From positions 62,001-126,000 of the IMG/VR virus record IMGVR_UViG_3300005056_000001: 64,000 nt of DNA, one strand, 5' to 3'. Numbering within the stretch: position 1 is the first letter of the stretch; each line of letters starts with the position of its first letter. The translations under genes were made by a program, and so were the position numbers. The notes beneath the pieces are model-generated. The model saw nothing but the letters and a program-made list of their open reading frames with translations. It searched no databases and was not told the origin of the DNA. Below, piece after piece: positions 19,020-29,210 of this stretch.

Positions 19020-19412
19020 ATGAAAAGAATACTAAACGTAAACAAAGAGGGTCGTTCCCTCACTAGGTTCGAGACTGAACGCCTATGCTTTTTGTTAAGA
19101 TGCAAACACGAACATTTGGATATCATCGGCGGAAGCACGGTATTGGAGGGAGTATTAACACCGTTTAGTGTTGTGAATGGTGATACACGTACCACCTTTG
19201 GTTCACTGACAAGAATTGCCAATAATTATGATGTAATAATCACAATAGGATTTTCAAAACATTTGGTCGATGGTTTGTTGGACATTGTCGAGGACACCCT
19301 GTTGTTGCATCCCAACTATGAAATGAAACCAAAATCCATGTACGAGTATGGCAAACAGTTGTCATTCACGGGGTGGCAGAGATGGAAAAAATATACCCTT
19401 GTGGATTTATAG
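19020..19412 (+). CDS. hypothetical protein (130 aa)
   Basis: Divergent ORF with A-rich leader. Confidence 0.7.
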   Translation: MKRILNVNKEGRSLTRFETERLCFLLRCKHEHLDIIGGSTVLEGVLTPFSVVNGDTRTTFGSLTRIANNYDVIITIGFSKHLVDGLLDIVEDTLLLHPNYEMKPKSMYEYGKQLSFTGWQRWKKYTLVDL

Positions 19413-19448
19413 TACATATGTCATTACAAAAACAAACCGAAAAACCAA

Positions 19449-19745
19449 ATGAAACGAGTATTAAAAAAAAGATTAGACGAGGCTTCTGTGGTAGATTTTA
19501 ACGAATTGGATCCAAAAATTCAACAACAAGTATTTAATGTTTCGAAAATATTAAAGGCTGATGTCGATGTTATTTTTGATGGTCTACATGGTGTTATTGC
19601 TATATATTCCTACTCACAAGCAACAAGAGGGATGGCATATACGTTCATGCCTGACATACTAGAAAAGTTGTTACAACAAAACATTCGTTGGGTTAATAGC
19701 AACAGTGAAAAAGGTAATATTTCAGTCGCATTCAAGCATAGATAG
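19449..19745 (+). CDS. hypothetical protein (98 aa)
   Basis: ORF with A-rich leader. Confidence 0.7.
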   Translation: MKRVLKKRLDEASVVDFNELDPKIQQQVFNVSKILKADVDVIFDGLHGVIAIYSYSQATRGMAYTFMPDILEKLLQQNIRWVNSNSEKGNISVAFKHR

Positions 19746-19791
19746 CACTATTAAGCAGCATGGATATTTTTACATACCACACATCCCTCAT

Positions 19792-19845
19792 TGTACGACA
19801 AAAGTCGCATGTACGTTCCTAACATACATGCGACTTTATCGTACA
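19792..19845. terminator. long hairpin between convergent genes
   Basis: TGTACGACAAAAGTCGCATGTA / TACATGCGACTTTATCGTACA; ~21-bp stem with one bulge/mismatch. Confidence 0.7.
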
Positions 19846-19865
19846 GATTATATTCCCCAATGTTT

Positions 19866-20618
19866 TTAGACAATCATCAGCTTTGGGTCTGTTATTGTTA
19901 GGGTGTATACGTACATCCCATATATGGTACTCAGTCTTATCTTGTTGGGGTCACTATCATCGTAGCCAAAATATAAACCCTTTATGTCGTCATTTTTTAC
20001 CTGAACAGCCACAGGATAGTTTTGTGCCACACCCGCCGAATAATTGCTTTCTGCATCCCTTGAATAGTCGTCTGTGTAATGTCCCTTTAGGTAGGAACTT
20101 ACCTGATTATTCATAAGCATATTAATAATATGATTACGATTTAGCTTGTCTGCCATTGGTCGGGTCTTTATAGGCTTGTAGTGTCCAAAAATATCAATCA
20201 CATCACTTGCCTTGTAGTCTGTGGCATAGACCCTAATTTCTCCAACATCCTGTGTTTGTTTGACTGCCTCATCAAAAAAGAACGTAAAGGTTGTCCAAAA
20301 ATCATTCTTGTCCCAAATCTTGGAATCGAAAAAATTATACCCCTCACTATCATTGTCGGAATATCTCCATGTAAACGCTACTTGCGGCGCAGACTTTCCA
20401 CGTTTGTTTGCGTGTGTCATTTCCTGCATTCTTACTTGCTGTGTAGAGTGATTGATTCTACAGACTCGATTTTGGTTAATCAAATAAATTGTGTTGCCCA
20501 AGGTTAAATATTTTCGGAAGTCGTTTCCTAGATACTCCAATTCCTCTGAATATACACCATCCCTCATTTTGTCGGCCAAGCCTTCGAATAATTGTCCTGT
20601 GCTATATGTTCTTCTCAT
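19866..20618 (-). CDS. hypothetical protein (250 aa), distant family P relative
   Basis: C-terminal half ..INMLMNNQ..GHYTDDYS..YTLTITDPK matches the family P C-terminal domain. Confidence 0.7.
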   Translation of the reverse strand: MRRTYSTGQLFEGLADKMRDGVYSEELEYLGNDFRKYLTLGNTIYLINQNRVCRINHSTQQVRMQEMTHANKRGKSAPQVAFTWRYSDNDSEGYNFFDSKIWDKNDFWTTFTFFFDEAVKQTQDVGEIRVYATDYKASDVIDIFGHYKPIKTRPMADKLNRNHIINMLMNNQVSSYLKGHYTDDYSRDAESNYSAGVAQNYPVAVQVKNDDIKGLYFGYDDSDPNKIRLSTIYGMYVYTLTITDPKLMIV

Positions 20619-20740
20619 TATATTGTGTTAATTTGGTTCATTGTATGTACATTTCGAAAAAGATACAACATTTATTATAAAAAACCAATTCTTTTTTGTA
20701 TGTTTGTGTGCATAATTTATACCACCAAAAAATATTTAAT

Positions 20741-21076
20741 ATGTGTGCAATGCAACTAAGGCCCGAAATCAAGGCAAATATAGACAACTACTTTGACAAT
20801 GTAACAGCAGAAGAGCTGTTGGAAAAGTCACTAAAACACGGATTTGATGTTGTTACGGTCGAGGATACCAAACAACAAGCCGAGGTTTTAATATCATCTG
20901 TGCGACATTTGCTCCAACAAGGAGTAAGAATGTATAATGTCGATCATGTCCTAGGCTTTGATGAAACCCTTGACAGCAAAGAACTGATAATGCTTTCTGA
21001 CAGAAACGACAAACAAACAATGACAAGCAAACTTGATGTCGATATATTGATAAAGATATTTTTGGATATTAGGTAA
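20741..21076 (+). CDS. hypothetical protein
   Basis: Start reset to the ATG at 20741. Confidence 0.65.
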   Translation: MCAMQLRPEIKANIDNYFDNVTAEELLEKSLKHGFDVVTVEDTKQQAEVLISSVRHLLQQGVRMYNVDHVLGFDETLDSKELIMLSDRNDKQTMTSKLDVDILIKIFLDIR

Positions 21077-21138
21077 CACACAAGTAATACGAGTAATACA
21101 CGAAAACAACACACAAGTAATACAAGAAAATAACTACA

Positions 21139-21294
21139 ATGAATACAAGTAACACAACACCACACAACCCAAACAATATAGACTCGGAAGGGTCTGTAAG
21201 AGATGCAAATGATGCAAATGTTTTGTCGAATAAGCCCACCATAGACACCTTCCCAAATTGGGATTGGTTGGGACTCCTGAGACGTATTTTATAA
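21139..21294 (+). CDS. small hypothetical protein (51 aa)
   Basis: Below the track cutoff; MNTSNTTPHNP..WDWLGLLRRIL fills the gap in the run. Confidence 0.4.
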   Translation: MNTSNTTPHNPNNIDSEGSVRDANDANVLSNKPTIDTFPNWDWLGLLRRIL

Positions 21295-21310
21295 AATAAA
21301 AATAAAAACC

Positions 21311-21670
21311 ATGAAAGAATACAAAAAAATCGCAACCGCCAACATGTCAAAAGTCTTTTTGTCCTATCGGGAACGATTAAAGAAGCAGGACGACAACAAG
21401 ACAAGAAGCAGTCTTACCGATGCCACCGACTCGGCAATTTTGCATAATGACATCAAGGAGTCACTTCGTGAAAGCCTGTCTATGTATTTTGAACAATACA
21501 TTGGTCAAGTAATGAGCACAGAAATAAAAGAAGACATGAAACTTTTCGTAAAAATGTTGCTTGATTTTATCCAAATGAAGAATTTAGAGCATAAGATTAA
21601 CGCAAGTATCAAAAAAGGAATCAAGGACGGTGATTTACTTTCGCCTCTTACCGATAATATATGGTGTTAA
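21311..21670 (+). CDS. hypothetical protein (119 aa)
   Basis: ORF with A-rich leader. Confidence 0.7.
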   Translation: MKEYKKIATANMSKVFLSYRERLKKQDDNKTRSSLTDATDSAILHNDIKESLRESLSMYFEQYIGQVMSTEIKEDMKLFVKMLLDFIQMKNLEHKINASIKKGIKDGDLLSPLTDNIWC

Positions 21671-21763
21671 GGTTGTGTTAAATAATACAATCAAGAATGT
21701 GTTTCGGAAATATATTCGTAATATTGCATATTATCAAAACATAATAAAAGAACATCAATCATA

Positions 21764-22585
21764 ATGAAGAGCAAGAAAACACTAATAAAAGAATATATTG
21801 AACAGGATTATACAATAGGCGATCATGTCACTGTGCGTGGTTTAGACGTTAGCAATAAAGCGGCATGGGGACATTCTACGGATATCGTTGGTATTGGTTA
21901 TTGTGGCGTTTTTGTGCAACCATTTCCATACAAGGAGCCTATGTTTGTCAAGCTGTGCGACGTAATGAAAACAACCCGCCATATCGGCTATAACCCATTC
22001 CCCAAAAAACCTATTCGGGTTAGAAGCTTTGATATAGATATCGACATGCTGCTAAAGAGGTGTATGCCCGACACCACGAGCGAATATTTCACGGAAAAAA
22101 CAAATATGCCGATTCGTGTATGTAACCATGACCCTATTGTTATCGACAAGGATGGCAAGATCGTGACCTACCAAAGAGAGCTTTGTTGGAAACCATGGCA
22201 AAAAAAGGGTCTGATTGATTCTGTTTATGACGGAATGGATATCGGACTGTTTACTGTACGAAAACGTTTTTTCGATGAGCTCGATGTTCTTGCAAAAAGA
22301 GGTGTGGATGTTCTTGCGTTTAGCGATGTCGTGGACGGGAAGCAGCGTCTTAACACCCTCAAAGAATTTGTGGACGGGAAATTTAAGGACAATAACGGCA
22401 TGTATTACCATCAAATGTCCGACAATTCACAACACAAATTTATGAGCTGTATGAATTTTACATATGCAGAATTACCCGAAAATTCATTGGACAAGGATGT
22501 TATCGAACAGTTCCTTAAGGTCAACAACACGGGCGTTCCTGTGTCAAAGAAGCACATAAATTATGTCAAGGAAATAAATATATAG
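21764..22585 (+). CDS. DUF262 (ParB-like superfamily) domain protein
   Basis: YQRELCW..QKKGLIDSV..VVDGKQRLNTL, the DUF262 QR and DGQQR motifs. Confidence 0.85.
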   Translation: MKSKKTLIKEYIEQDYTIGDHVTVRGLDVSNKAAWGHSTDIVGIGYCGVFVQPFPYKEPMFVKLCDVMKTTRHIGYNPFPKKPIRVRSFDIDIDMLLKRCMPDTTSEYFTEKTNMPIRVCNHDPIVIDKDGKIVTYQRELCWKPWQKKGLIDSVYDGMDIGLFTVRKRFFDELDVLAKRGVDVLAFSDVVDGKQRLNTLKEFVDGKFKDNNGMYYHQMSDNSQHKFMSCMNFTYAELPENSLDKDVIEQFLKVNNTGVPVSKKHINYVKEINI

Positions 22586-22586
22586 G

Positions 22587-22895
22587 ATGCACCAAGAAAT
22601 ACAGGGTTCGCATAAACTAACAAAACACCAACTAGATGTCCTTGGATGTCTAGTTGGTGTTTTTGATTGTCCAAAAATAGGATACAACACGAAATACGCC
22701 TTTAGTGATGACGACGAACTCCTGATATATCGCCAAAGTCACAACGGCTTGGTTAATATCATAATACACGAGGAGGACAGCTTTGCACTGTCATATATAG
22801 ACAATCATTACAAAAGAAATGACGAGTTCCTGTTTTACGAAAAACAAGACGGTGTTTGCTATGACTTGGTTGTTTATCGGTTTTTAAACTATTGA
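22587..22895 (+). CDS. hypothetical protein (102 aa)
   Basis: Coupled to the DUF262 gene. Confidence 0.7.
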   Translation: MHQEIQGSHKLTKHQLDVLGCLVGVFDCPKIGYNTKYAFSDDDELLIYRQSHNGLVNIIIHEEDSFALSYIDNHYKRNDEFLFYEKQDGVCYDLVVYRFLNY

Positions 22896-22908
22896 GACGT
22901 GGGGCAAC

Positions 22909-23286
22909 CTACCCAATCAGGACATCAATTTCTTTTTTAATATAACTGTCCCAATTGCCGCATTGTTCACACACAGACTCGTCCCTTTCCGACACCAACC
23001 CGATTTTTCCAAACAAATCCTTTAGCAATTCCTCTATAATATGCCTGTCCTCAATGGCATATTTTTTGATATTTAAAACCATTTGTGTCGTGTCTAAAAC
23101 AGGACAGTCATCTTCTAGCTGTTGATAATCAAAAACAATCTCCCATACCTCCTTTGTGTGACAAGGATATTTTTCGAGTATGGCACAGATAATCGAAATA
23201 CATTTTTCGCTTGGTAAAACATCAAAATCTCTGCCGTCTATTCTTAAAACTTTGCTCATGCAGAAGTCTCCTATTTCGACTATCAT
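22909..23286 (-). CDS. hypothetical protein
   Basis: Start reset to 23286 (ATGA overlap); CEQC near the C-terminus. Confidence 0.7.
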   Translation of the reverse strand: MIVEIGDFCMSKVLRIDGRDFDVLPSEKCISIICAILEKYPCHTKEVWEIVFDYQQLEDDCPVLDTTQMVLNIKKYAIEDRHIIEELLKDLFGKIGLVSERDESVCEQCGNWDSYIKKEIDVLIG

Positions 23287-23591
23287 ACCTTCTCCTTTTC
23301 CTTTTCCATTGTTACATAACAACCATTCTTTCCGTATCCCGAACCACTGATCATGTATCTGTCCTCAGACCAAACAATCCAAAATACATAATCCATCTCC
23401 CATCCATTGATGTCTTTTTCGTCAATGTCTATGGCACCAAGACTCGTGACATATTCGATCACCTGAGAAGGTGTCACATAGGGTATTGTTATTTCTGTAC
23501 AAGTCCCCTGAAAAAGGTCTAGTATAAGGTGCCACATGTTTTGGTCAATCTCTTCTTGTATGAGCAATCTTCTTTCTTTTGTTATAATCAT
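23283..23591 (-). CDS. hypothetical protein
   Basis: Start reset to the ATG at 23591 (MIITKERR). Confidence 0.7.
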   Translation of the reverse strand: MIITKERRLLIQEEIDQNMWHLILDLFQGTCTEITIPYVTPSQVIEYVTSLGAIDIDEKDINGWEMDYVFWIVWSEDRYMISGSGYGKNGCYVTMEKEKEKV

Positions 23592-23657
23592 GTTGTTTGT
23601 TTTTAAAATCAAGAGGACGACATGTTGTTGTGCCATCCTCTTTGTTAATGTTTCTGT

Positions 23658-23903
23658 TTATAGCCAACCAAAAAACGAGGCAGCAACCTCGCCTATGTGC
23701 TCGAGTCCCAAATCTTCATCCATATCCTCTGTATAAAAGGCTCCGATTTTATTGTCCAATGTATCATATCTGTCGGCCTTGGCCTTGTATTTTTGGGCCT
23801 TGGCTTCGAGGTCGTCGAAGCGTGTGTTTAGTGTGTCGTTGATCTCCTCGTAAGACATTTTCTTTAGGGTCTCAATCTCGATTTGTTTTTTAATGTTTTG
23901 CAT
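23658..23903 (-). CDS. hypothetical protein (81 aa, coiled coil)
   Basis: Overlaps the methyltransferase stop. Confidence 0.7.
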   Translation of the reverse strand: MQNIKKQIEIETLKKMSYEEINDTLNTRFDDLEAKAQKYKAKADRYDTLDNKIGAFYTEDMDEDLGLEHIGEVAASFFGWL

Positions 23904-24681
23904 TGTTTGGTTTTTTATTGAACAAGAATAGTCGCTTGTTCATTGTTTCGAAATGTTGCTCATCCTTTTCTATTAGCAGGAACTCTCTATTTGTGTTCAA
24001 ACATGCCATACCAACAGTTCCACTACCCGCAACATTATCCAATACGATTTCTCCTTCTTTGGTATATGTGTTTATTAGATATTCGCATAACTCCAAAGGT
24101 TTTTGTGTGGGATGTAACTGACCAACATTGTGTTGTGAGTATTCTAGTATTTGTCTTGGGTAATTTGTATACTCGATTCTACGTTCTAGTTTATGACTTT
24201 CCCTTGTTGAATTAACCCCCTTTCCGTCACCATACAGCTTTGGACGCTTCCATGTTTTATTTACTTCAACTAGGTCTTGTGGGTAATACGGCATATTGTT
24301 CTTGCTACCATTGGCAGTTTTCCCGCTGCTAAACACGGCTATTTCCTCTATATCCTTTAGGGGTTTTAATTTTGCATTGACAAACCCCGATGGTCTTGAC
24401 TTTTTCCAATACCACATATATTTAAATTCGTCTATATTGCTACCGACCAATAATGATGTAAATGGTTGTTGGCAAAACAGAACGATAGGCCCGTTTGGCT
24501 TGATTATTCGTTGATACTGCTCCCATAACGGAACAAATGGGAGGATAGTATCCCATTTGCATGCTGTTGTTCCGTATGGCAAGTCTGCAAATATCATGTC
24601 AATACTCTGACTTTTAATGTTTTTCATCAATTCAAGCGAGTCGCCTAGCCATGCCTCGCTTGATCCGTATTTCTTAATCAT
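23890..24681 (-). CDS. orphan DNA methyltransferase, N6/N4 beta class
   Basis: Motif IV DLPY near the N-terminus, HPTQKP, motif I DNVAGSGT; no adjacent endonuclease. Confidence 0.93.
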   Translation of the reverse strand: MIKKYGSSEAWLGDSLELMKNIKSQSIDMIFADLPYGTTACKWDTILPFVPLWEQYQRIIKPNGPIVLFCQQPFTSLLVGSNIDEFKYMWYWKKSRPSGFVNAKLKPLKDIEEIAVFSSGKTANGSKNNMPYYPQDLVEVNKTWKRPKLYGDGKGVNSTRESHKLERRIEYTNYPRQILEYSQHNVGQLHPTQKPLELCEYLINTYTKEGEIVLDNVAGSGTVGMACLNTNREFLLIEKDEQHFETMNKRLFLFNKKPNNAKH

Positions 24682-24699
24682 AATTTATTGTTTTCTATT

Positions 24700-27600
24700 T
24701 TAAATATGATAGCCCCCAAAATCACCCATCAAAAACTCGATCGAATTGTCTCCAATATCCGTGAGAACATGGTCAACCACAATGAGATTTTTCCTTTGTG
24801 AAATAGAAAGTAATAATTTTTTGTATAACTCCCTGAAGTCAACGGCATGTTTGTTCTTTAGGTCTTCGCCCGAACTTAGTTGTCCTGATAACTCGTCAAT
24901 AAAACGAAGGTTTATGTTCCATTCGTCGTTTAGTGAGTCGATAACTTCCATTAATGACAGTGCCCCCATGTTTATCTCCATCCCGCTAATGTGGTCAATC
25001 GGAAGTTCTTTGACCTGACCATTTCTTTTGTCTACCTTTACCAATTCTCCGTTGGCAAATCTGAGCGCAAACGGGAACATTTCAAGCATGTCTGCCATTC
25101 GCTTGTTTATGATATTGGCAATGTTGTTAAACACATATAGTGGCAATCCGTTGCCCGAAACAATTTTCTTGAATAGATTCATTGTCTTTTTGCCAATCGA
25201 ACGGGCATCAAGCTGTTTAATGAAATTCTTGCACCTTCCAAGTTCGTTCTCGTTCTCGGTTATTTTGACTTCCAACAACTCGTTGTTGTGGACAAGGTTT
25301 GTTATCTGTTCCTCGCCGTCTTTGATTTTGGTTTCCAACACATTGCAAGTTTCTTTTACCTCTTTAATCTTGTCCTCGAGACGCTTGTTAAAATTGTAAC
25401 TGTGTGTAACCGTCTCGAATTCTTTGGCAGACTCCTTGATTTCCACAAGAACCTCTGTTTTTCTGTTCTCTAGGAGCGTCTTTTGGTCTCCACGACTCAA
25501 CCAAAGGTTGGACAGCTTTTCTTGCTCTGTCAGCAACTTTTGGGCCTTTGTTAGTCCGTCCTCGGTGGTCAAAAGTTCTTCTTCGTATTTGGCGATTAAA
25601 TTTTCGTGATCAACAACACTTTCACTGACCCTTTTGTATTCGGAAGAGATTTTTTGTATAGACACATCGTTTGTTCGGGCCTTGTTGATCATATCCTTTA
25701 GATTGATTTTTTCTAGCTCGGTCTCGACTGTTTTTTTGTTTAGTTTCAGTTGGTTTATTTCGTCTGTGTGGACGACCAACAAAAACTTGTCTAGTACAGC
25801 CTGTCTTCTGTTTATTTCCTGAGTCAATTCCTTGGATTGATTTCTTAGTTCGATAATCTTGTCCGATGTTATGATCCCTAGTATTGCCTCAATTTTGTCG
25901 AATTGCTTTGATTTGACAATGTCCTTCAGAACCGTGATTGTATTTTTAGTCTCGGTCTTTTTGGTGTCATGAACAACAAGAACATAATCATTTACCAAGG
26001 ATGATTTTGTGTCCATGTCTGCCTTGAGTCGAACGATGTGTTCTTCAATTTTTAGCAGCTCGGTTGTTTCGATACCATGCGGATCCCCACAATTTTTACA
26101 CAACTCGTTTTTGTACATCTCGACCTTCGAAGTCTCTGACGCAATTAGTTTTTCGACATCATCCAATTCTCGGTTGTGGGTATCCAATCCTTTTTGGCTC
26201 GAAGATTCCTCTTTCTCCAATTTAGAATAATACTCGTTCAGCTCCTCCAACTTGTCAAGCTGCATTCTTGATGCTGTTTGATACATTTCGGATTGTATCA
26301 AAGACTTGTTCTGAGTAGAATTATTTAGGTACGTTTCGTATTCACGCTCTAATATACTCAGGGATTTGACTGATTCTTCTTGTTCACTTTCCAATACATG
26401 AATTGATTTTTCAATCTCGACAATCTTTTTTGACTGACCAACATATATAACATTATAGGACTCGGTTTCTTCCTCGCTTATTTCACGTTTTCTGTCGGTT
26501 CCTTGTGTGTGCCAATATCCTTGCTTTTTAATGCTGTCACTATGTTTTGTTCTTGCAGACAACAGCCTTGTTTTTATGACAGGCAAACCCTCTACATACC
26601 CATCAACCTCTTCTGTGTACTTGTCAAACAGTTTTCTGTCGAACGAGTCCTGACCCTCATACATGTCAATTTTTCCGTTGATTGTGTCCAAGTCGTTGTT
26701 GAGCGATTCTAGTCTGCCCTGAAAAGAGAAATACTTTTGGGCAATCTCTTTGTTTATTTGTTGTTCTTGGTCTTCCAAGTACTCGTCGAATTCCTTGAGT
26801 TCTTCTGATAATGAATCAATCTCCGAAAATATCTCAAGATGTTTTTTGTTGTTGTCGGCTACCTGATCATTAATTGACAATATTTCGCTTGTACATGTGG
26901 CAATTTTCGATTCATAGAAAGTTTGTTTGCCTTCGGGATTCGGAAACTTTTCCATATACTTGTCCTGTACCACACTAAAGTTTTCGCCAAGTTTTTCAAT
27001 GGCACCAATCCCGACTCTCCTTAGTATTTCGGTCTGTAACTTGTCGGATGGTTGGTGCAGAAACAAGTCAAGCGATGCAATATTTTGATAAATATCCTTG
27101 ATTTCCGCAAACGGGAACAATTGGTCAAGATACTCCTGTGCATCTTCGTATGTTTCGACAGACCCGTTCTTGGTTATTGTAATGGTCTCGACAGGTTTTT
27201 TGCCTTCAAATGTGACCACACGATCCACCACATACGTATCCCCGTTCAGAACAGAGGTTGTACACACTCTCATTTGGTCGTCGTTGAGGTAATTGCGTAT
27301 TCTGTTTAGGTTGTATGCCTTTCTGTTGCTGCGTTCCTTGCCTGTTATTTTTCCGCTCTTACACCAAGACAGTGCCTTTATGACAGTGGACTTTCCTGCA
27401 CCATTAGTGCCCCTAATTGTTGTGAGTGGTTTGTTTAGCGGAACATTGGCCTCTCGGATACCCAAGAAATTATATATTTCTATATTCAGGAATGTAAGAC
27501 TTTTCTTTGGCTTGGTCAATAGTATTTCTTTGAATGACTCGGATACCAAGTCACGAAGAATTTCTTTTGCCTTGTCTTTGTCGTCTAACCCCCTTGATGT

Positions 27601-28830
27601 GTCCACGATTCTGTCCACAAAAGAAAGCGATGCCTCCAATAGCTCCTGTTTTGAGAACTCTGATTTTTCGTCAAAATTCTGTTCTTCCTCATTAAACACA
27701 ACCTCGTAATTACCCTCCATCTTAACACTTAGACAGTTTGTATTTTCTTCGATGCGTTGTTTCATAATAATTGTGTCGGCAGACGACAGCGAAGACTTAA
27801 TCTTTACATGTGAAGGTATCGGCAACGGCAACGAATCAAAAAGCTTTGTCATATTAACCGTCACACGATTTATGCAGGGTTCGATTGCTGTAAAATTACA
27901 GGTTACTGTCTCGCCTAGATTGTTGAGTTCCCATACCATGTAACCATGCTGTTTGCGTCCTTCTTGGTAACACCAATCATTGGCATAATAATCACCCTCC
28001 CCAAAACCACGCATGGTAACAGACGAAGAGTATGCAAAAATCTTGGGTTGTCCACTTGGTGTGGTGCCAATGTCATGAATCTGCGGTGCATGAATGTCTC
28101 CCGCAAGAACACTGTTTACGTTGTCAAAAGACTTGATGTCAACGGTTCCGATCTTGTCATGTACCTTGCTGTCAAAGCCAATCGAATGACCAATGGTTGC
28201 ATCATGGTACAGTGACACATTGGCCACATTGGGGTCGGTTGGTTCTGTGTAGATGTAGGGCTGCTCAAGGAAAGGCAATTGTTTGTTATAATGGGAATGA
28301 ACAATGAAATTGTACACAACACCATTTACCTCCTTTGGGTAAATATCGGTATACTTGTAATAGTTCACACGAGGGTTGTTGAGCGTGTTTACCACATTGT
28401 CAATTTCGTCAATCGGTGCCAATATCTTTCCGTCTGTTGCCAAACATTGTATATTGGACGATTTTTGCATCTCATGGTTCCCGTTGATGATTATAATTAT
28501 ACCCTCGAATGCCTTTAATATCCTGCCCAAAAGGCTAATGAACACCCCGACCTCGTTTGAGTTGATGGTGCCCCGATTCCCGTTCTCGAATATGTCGCCT
28601 GTTATAACAACAATATCGGGCTGCTCTTTTCGAATAGCCGATTCTAATTTTTTGTTGGTGTATTCGTATTCGTCATATCTGTCATGGCGATTTGACACAA
28701 CCTCGATCTGTTGGTCACCGAACTGAAATATCTTTATGTGTGCATTAAGGTTTGGATTTTTATAGTTTAATAGAACATCTACTTTTTCGTTAATGGCTTC
28801 CATGTAAAATTTTGTTGATGAGATAATCAT
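24700..28830 (-). CDS. Mre11/SbcD nuclease - Rad50/SbcC ATPase fusion
   Basis: Phosphoesterase motifs TGDIFE, NGNHE, LYHD, GDIH; Walker A GTNGAGKST; long coiled coil with CKNC zinc hook; ISGME signature; FIDE Walker B. Start is 28830 or 28803 rather than the TTG at 28866. Confidence 0.92.
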   Translation of the reverse strand: MIISSTKFYMEAINEKVDVLLNYKNPNLNAHIKIFQFGDQQIEVVSNRHDRYDEYEYTNKKLESAIRKEQPDIVVITGDIFENGNRGTINSNEVGVFISLLGRILKAFEGIIIIINGNHEMQKSSNIQCLATDGKILAPIDEIDNVVNTLNNPRVNYYKYTDIYPKEVNGVVYNFIVHSHYNKQLPFLEQPYIYTEPTDPNVANVSLYHDATIGHSIGFDSKVHDKIGTVDIKSFDNVNSVLAGDIHAPQIHDIGTTPSGQPKIFAYSSSVTMRGFGEGDYYANDWCYQEGRKQHGYMVWELNNLGETVTCNFTAIEPCINRVTVNMTKLFDSLPLPIPSHVKIKSSLSSADTIIMKQRIEENTNCLSVKMEGNYEVVFNEEEQNFDEKSEFSKQELLEASLSFVDRIVDTSRGLDDKDKAKEILRDLVSESFKEILLTKPKKSLTFLNIEIYNFLGIREANVPLNKPLTTIRGTNGAGKSTVIKALSWCKSGKITGKERSNRKAYNLNRIRNYLNDDQMRVCTTSVLNGDTYVVDRVVTFEGKKPVETITITKNGSVETYEDAQEYLDQLFPFAEIKDIYQNIASLDLFLHQPSDKLQTEILRRVGIGAIEKLGENFSVVQDKYMEKFPNPEGKQTFYESKIATCTSEILSINDQVADNNKKHLEIFSEIDSLSEELKEFDEYLEDQEQQINKEIAQKYFSFQGRLESLNNDLDTINGKIDMYEGQDSFDRKLFDKYTEEVDGYVEGLPVIKTRLLSARTKHSDSIKKQGYWHTQGTDRKREISEEETESYNVIYVGQSKKIVEIEKSIHVLESEQEESVKSLSILEREYETYLNNSTQNKSLIQSEMYQTASRMQLDKLEELNEYYSKLEKEESSSQKGLDTHNRELDDVEKLIASETSKVEMYKNELCKNCGDPHGIETTELLKIEEHIVRLKADMDTKSSLVNDYVLVVHDTKKTETKNTITVLKDIVKSKQFDKIEAILGIITSDKIIELRNQSKELTQEINRRQAVLDKFLLVVHTDEINQLKLNKKTVETELEKINLKDMINKARTNDVSIQKISSEYKRVSESVVDHENLIAKYEEELLTTEDGLTKAQKLLTEQEKLSNLWLSRGDQKTLLENRKTEVLVEIKESAKEFETVTHSYNFNKRLEDKIKEVKETCNVLETKIKDGEEQITNLVHNNELLEVKITENENELGRCKNFIKQLDARSIGKKTMNLFKKIVSGNGLPLYVFNNIANIINKRMADMLEMFPFALRFANGELVKVDKRNGQVKELPIDHISGMEINMGALSLMEVIDSLNDEWNINLRFIDELSGQLSSGEDLKNKHAVDFRELYKKLLLSISQRKNLIVVDHVLTDIGDNSIEFLMGDFGGYHI

Positions 28831-28862
28831 CGGGTGTAAGATAATAATAATTTTTTGTTTAT

Positions 28863-29210
28863 TCAAACTTTATTGTCCCGAACAGTTCTTTTGTTTTCAA
28901 TGGTGCTCATTTTAATAATAACACTGTCGCTCTGTGTTTCCACATCGGATACCAAGTACAATAAATCATTGTTCACAACCCTCACATGTTTATGGAGTTC
29001 CTTTGGGAAGGTTGTGCCCTTTCTGAAGAAATCAAGATTCTTTAAGAATGCCCCACATTCTATTTCGAACCTCAGCGTAGTCACAATTGCCCCACTCTTG
29101 CAGGAAAAGTATTGATTGTACCTGACGCTTTCAATTGTTGTCTCATTAAAAGAGTTGTATAGAACAGAATCAACTGTCAGACTCCTGTTGTTTTTAAGTG
29201 TTAGTCGCAT
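28863..29210 (-). CDS. hypothetical protein (115 aa)
   Basis: In operon with the SbcCD fusion. Confidence 0.7.
   Translation of the reverse strand: MRLTLKNNRSLTVDSVLYNSFNETTIESVRYNQYFSCKSGAIVTTLRFEIECGAFLKNLDFFRKGTTFPKELHKHVRVVNNDLLYLVSDVETQSDSVIIKMSTIENKRTVRDNKV

Noticed and set aside
21077-21160. Degenerate ACACAAGTAATAC-like repeats
   Set aside because: Short, irregular A/C-rich low-complexity leader of the kind common before genes here; no consistent period.
23890-24681. Complete type II restriction-modification system
   Set aside because: Neighbours are an 81-aa coiled-coil ORF and the SbcCD fusion; no endonuclease is recognisable.
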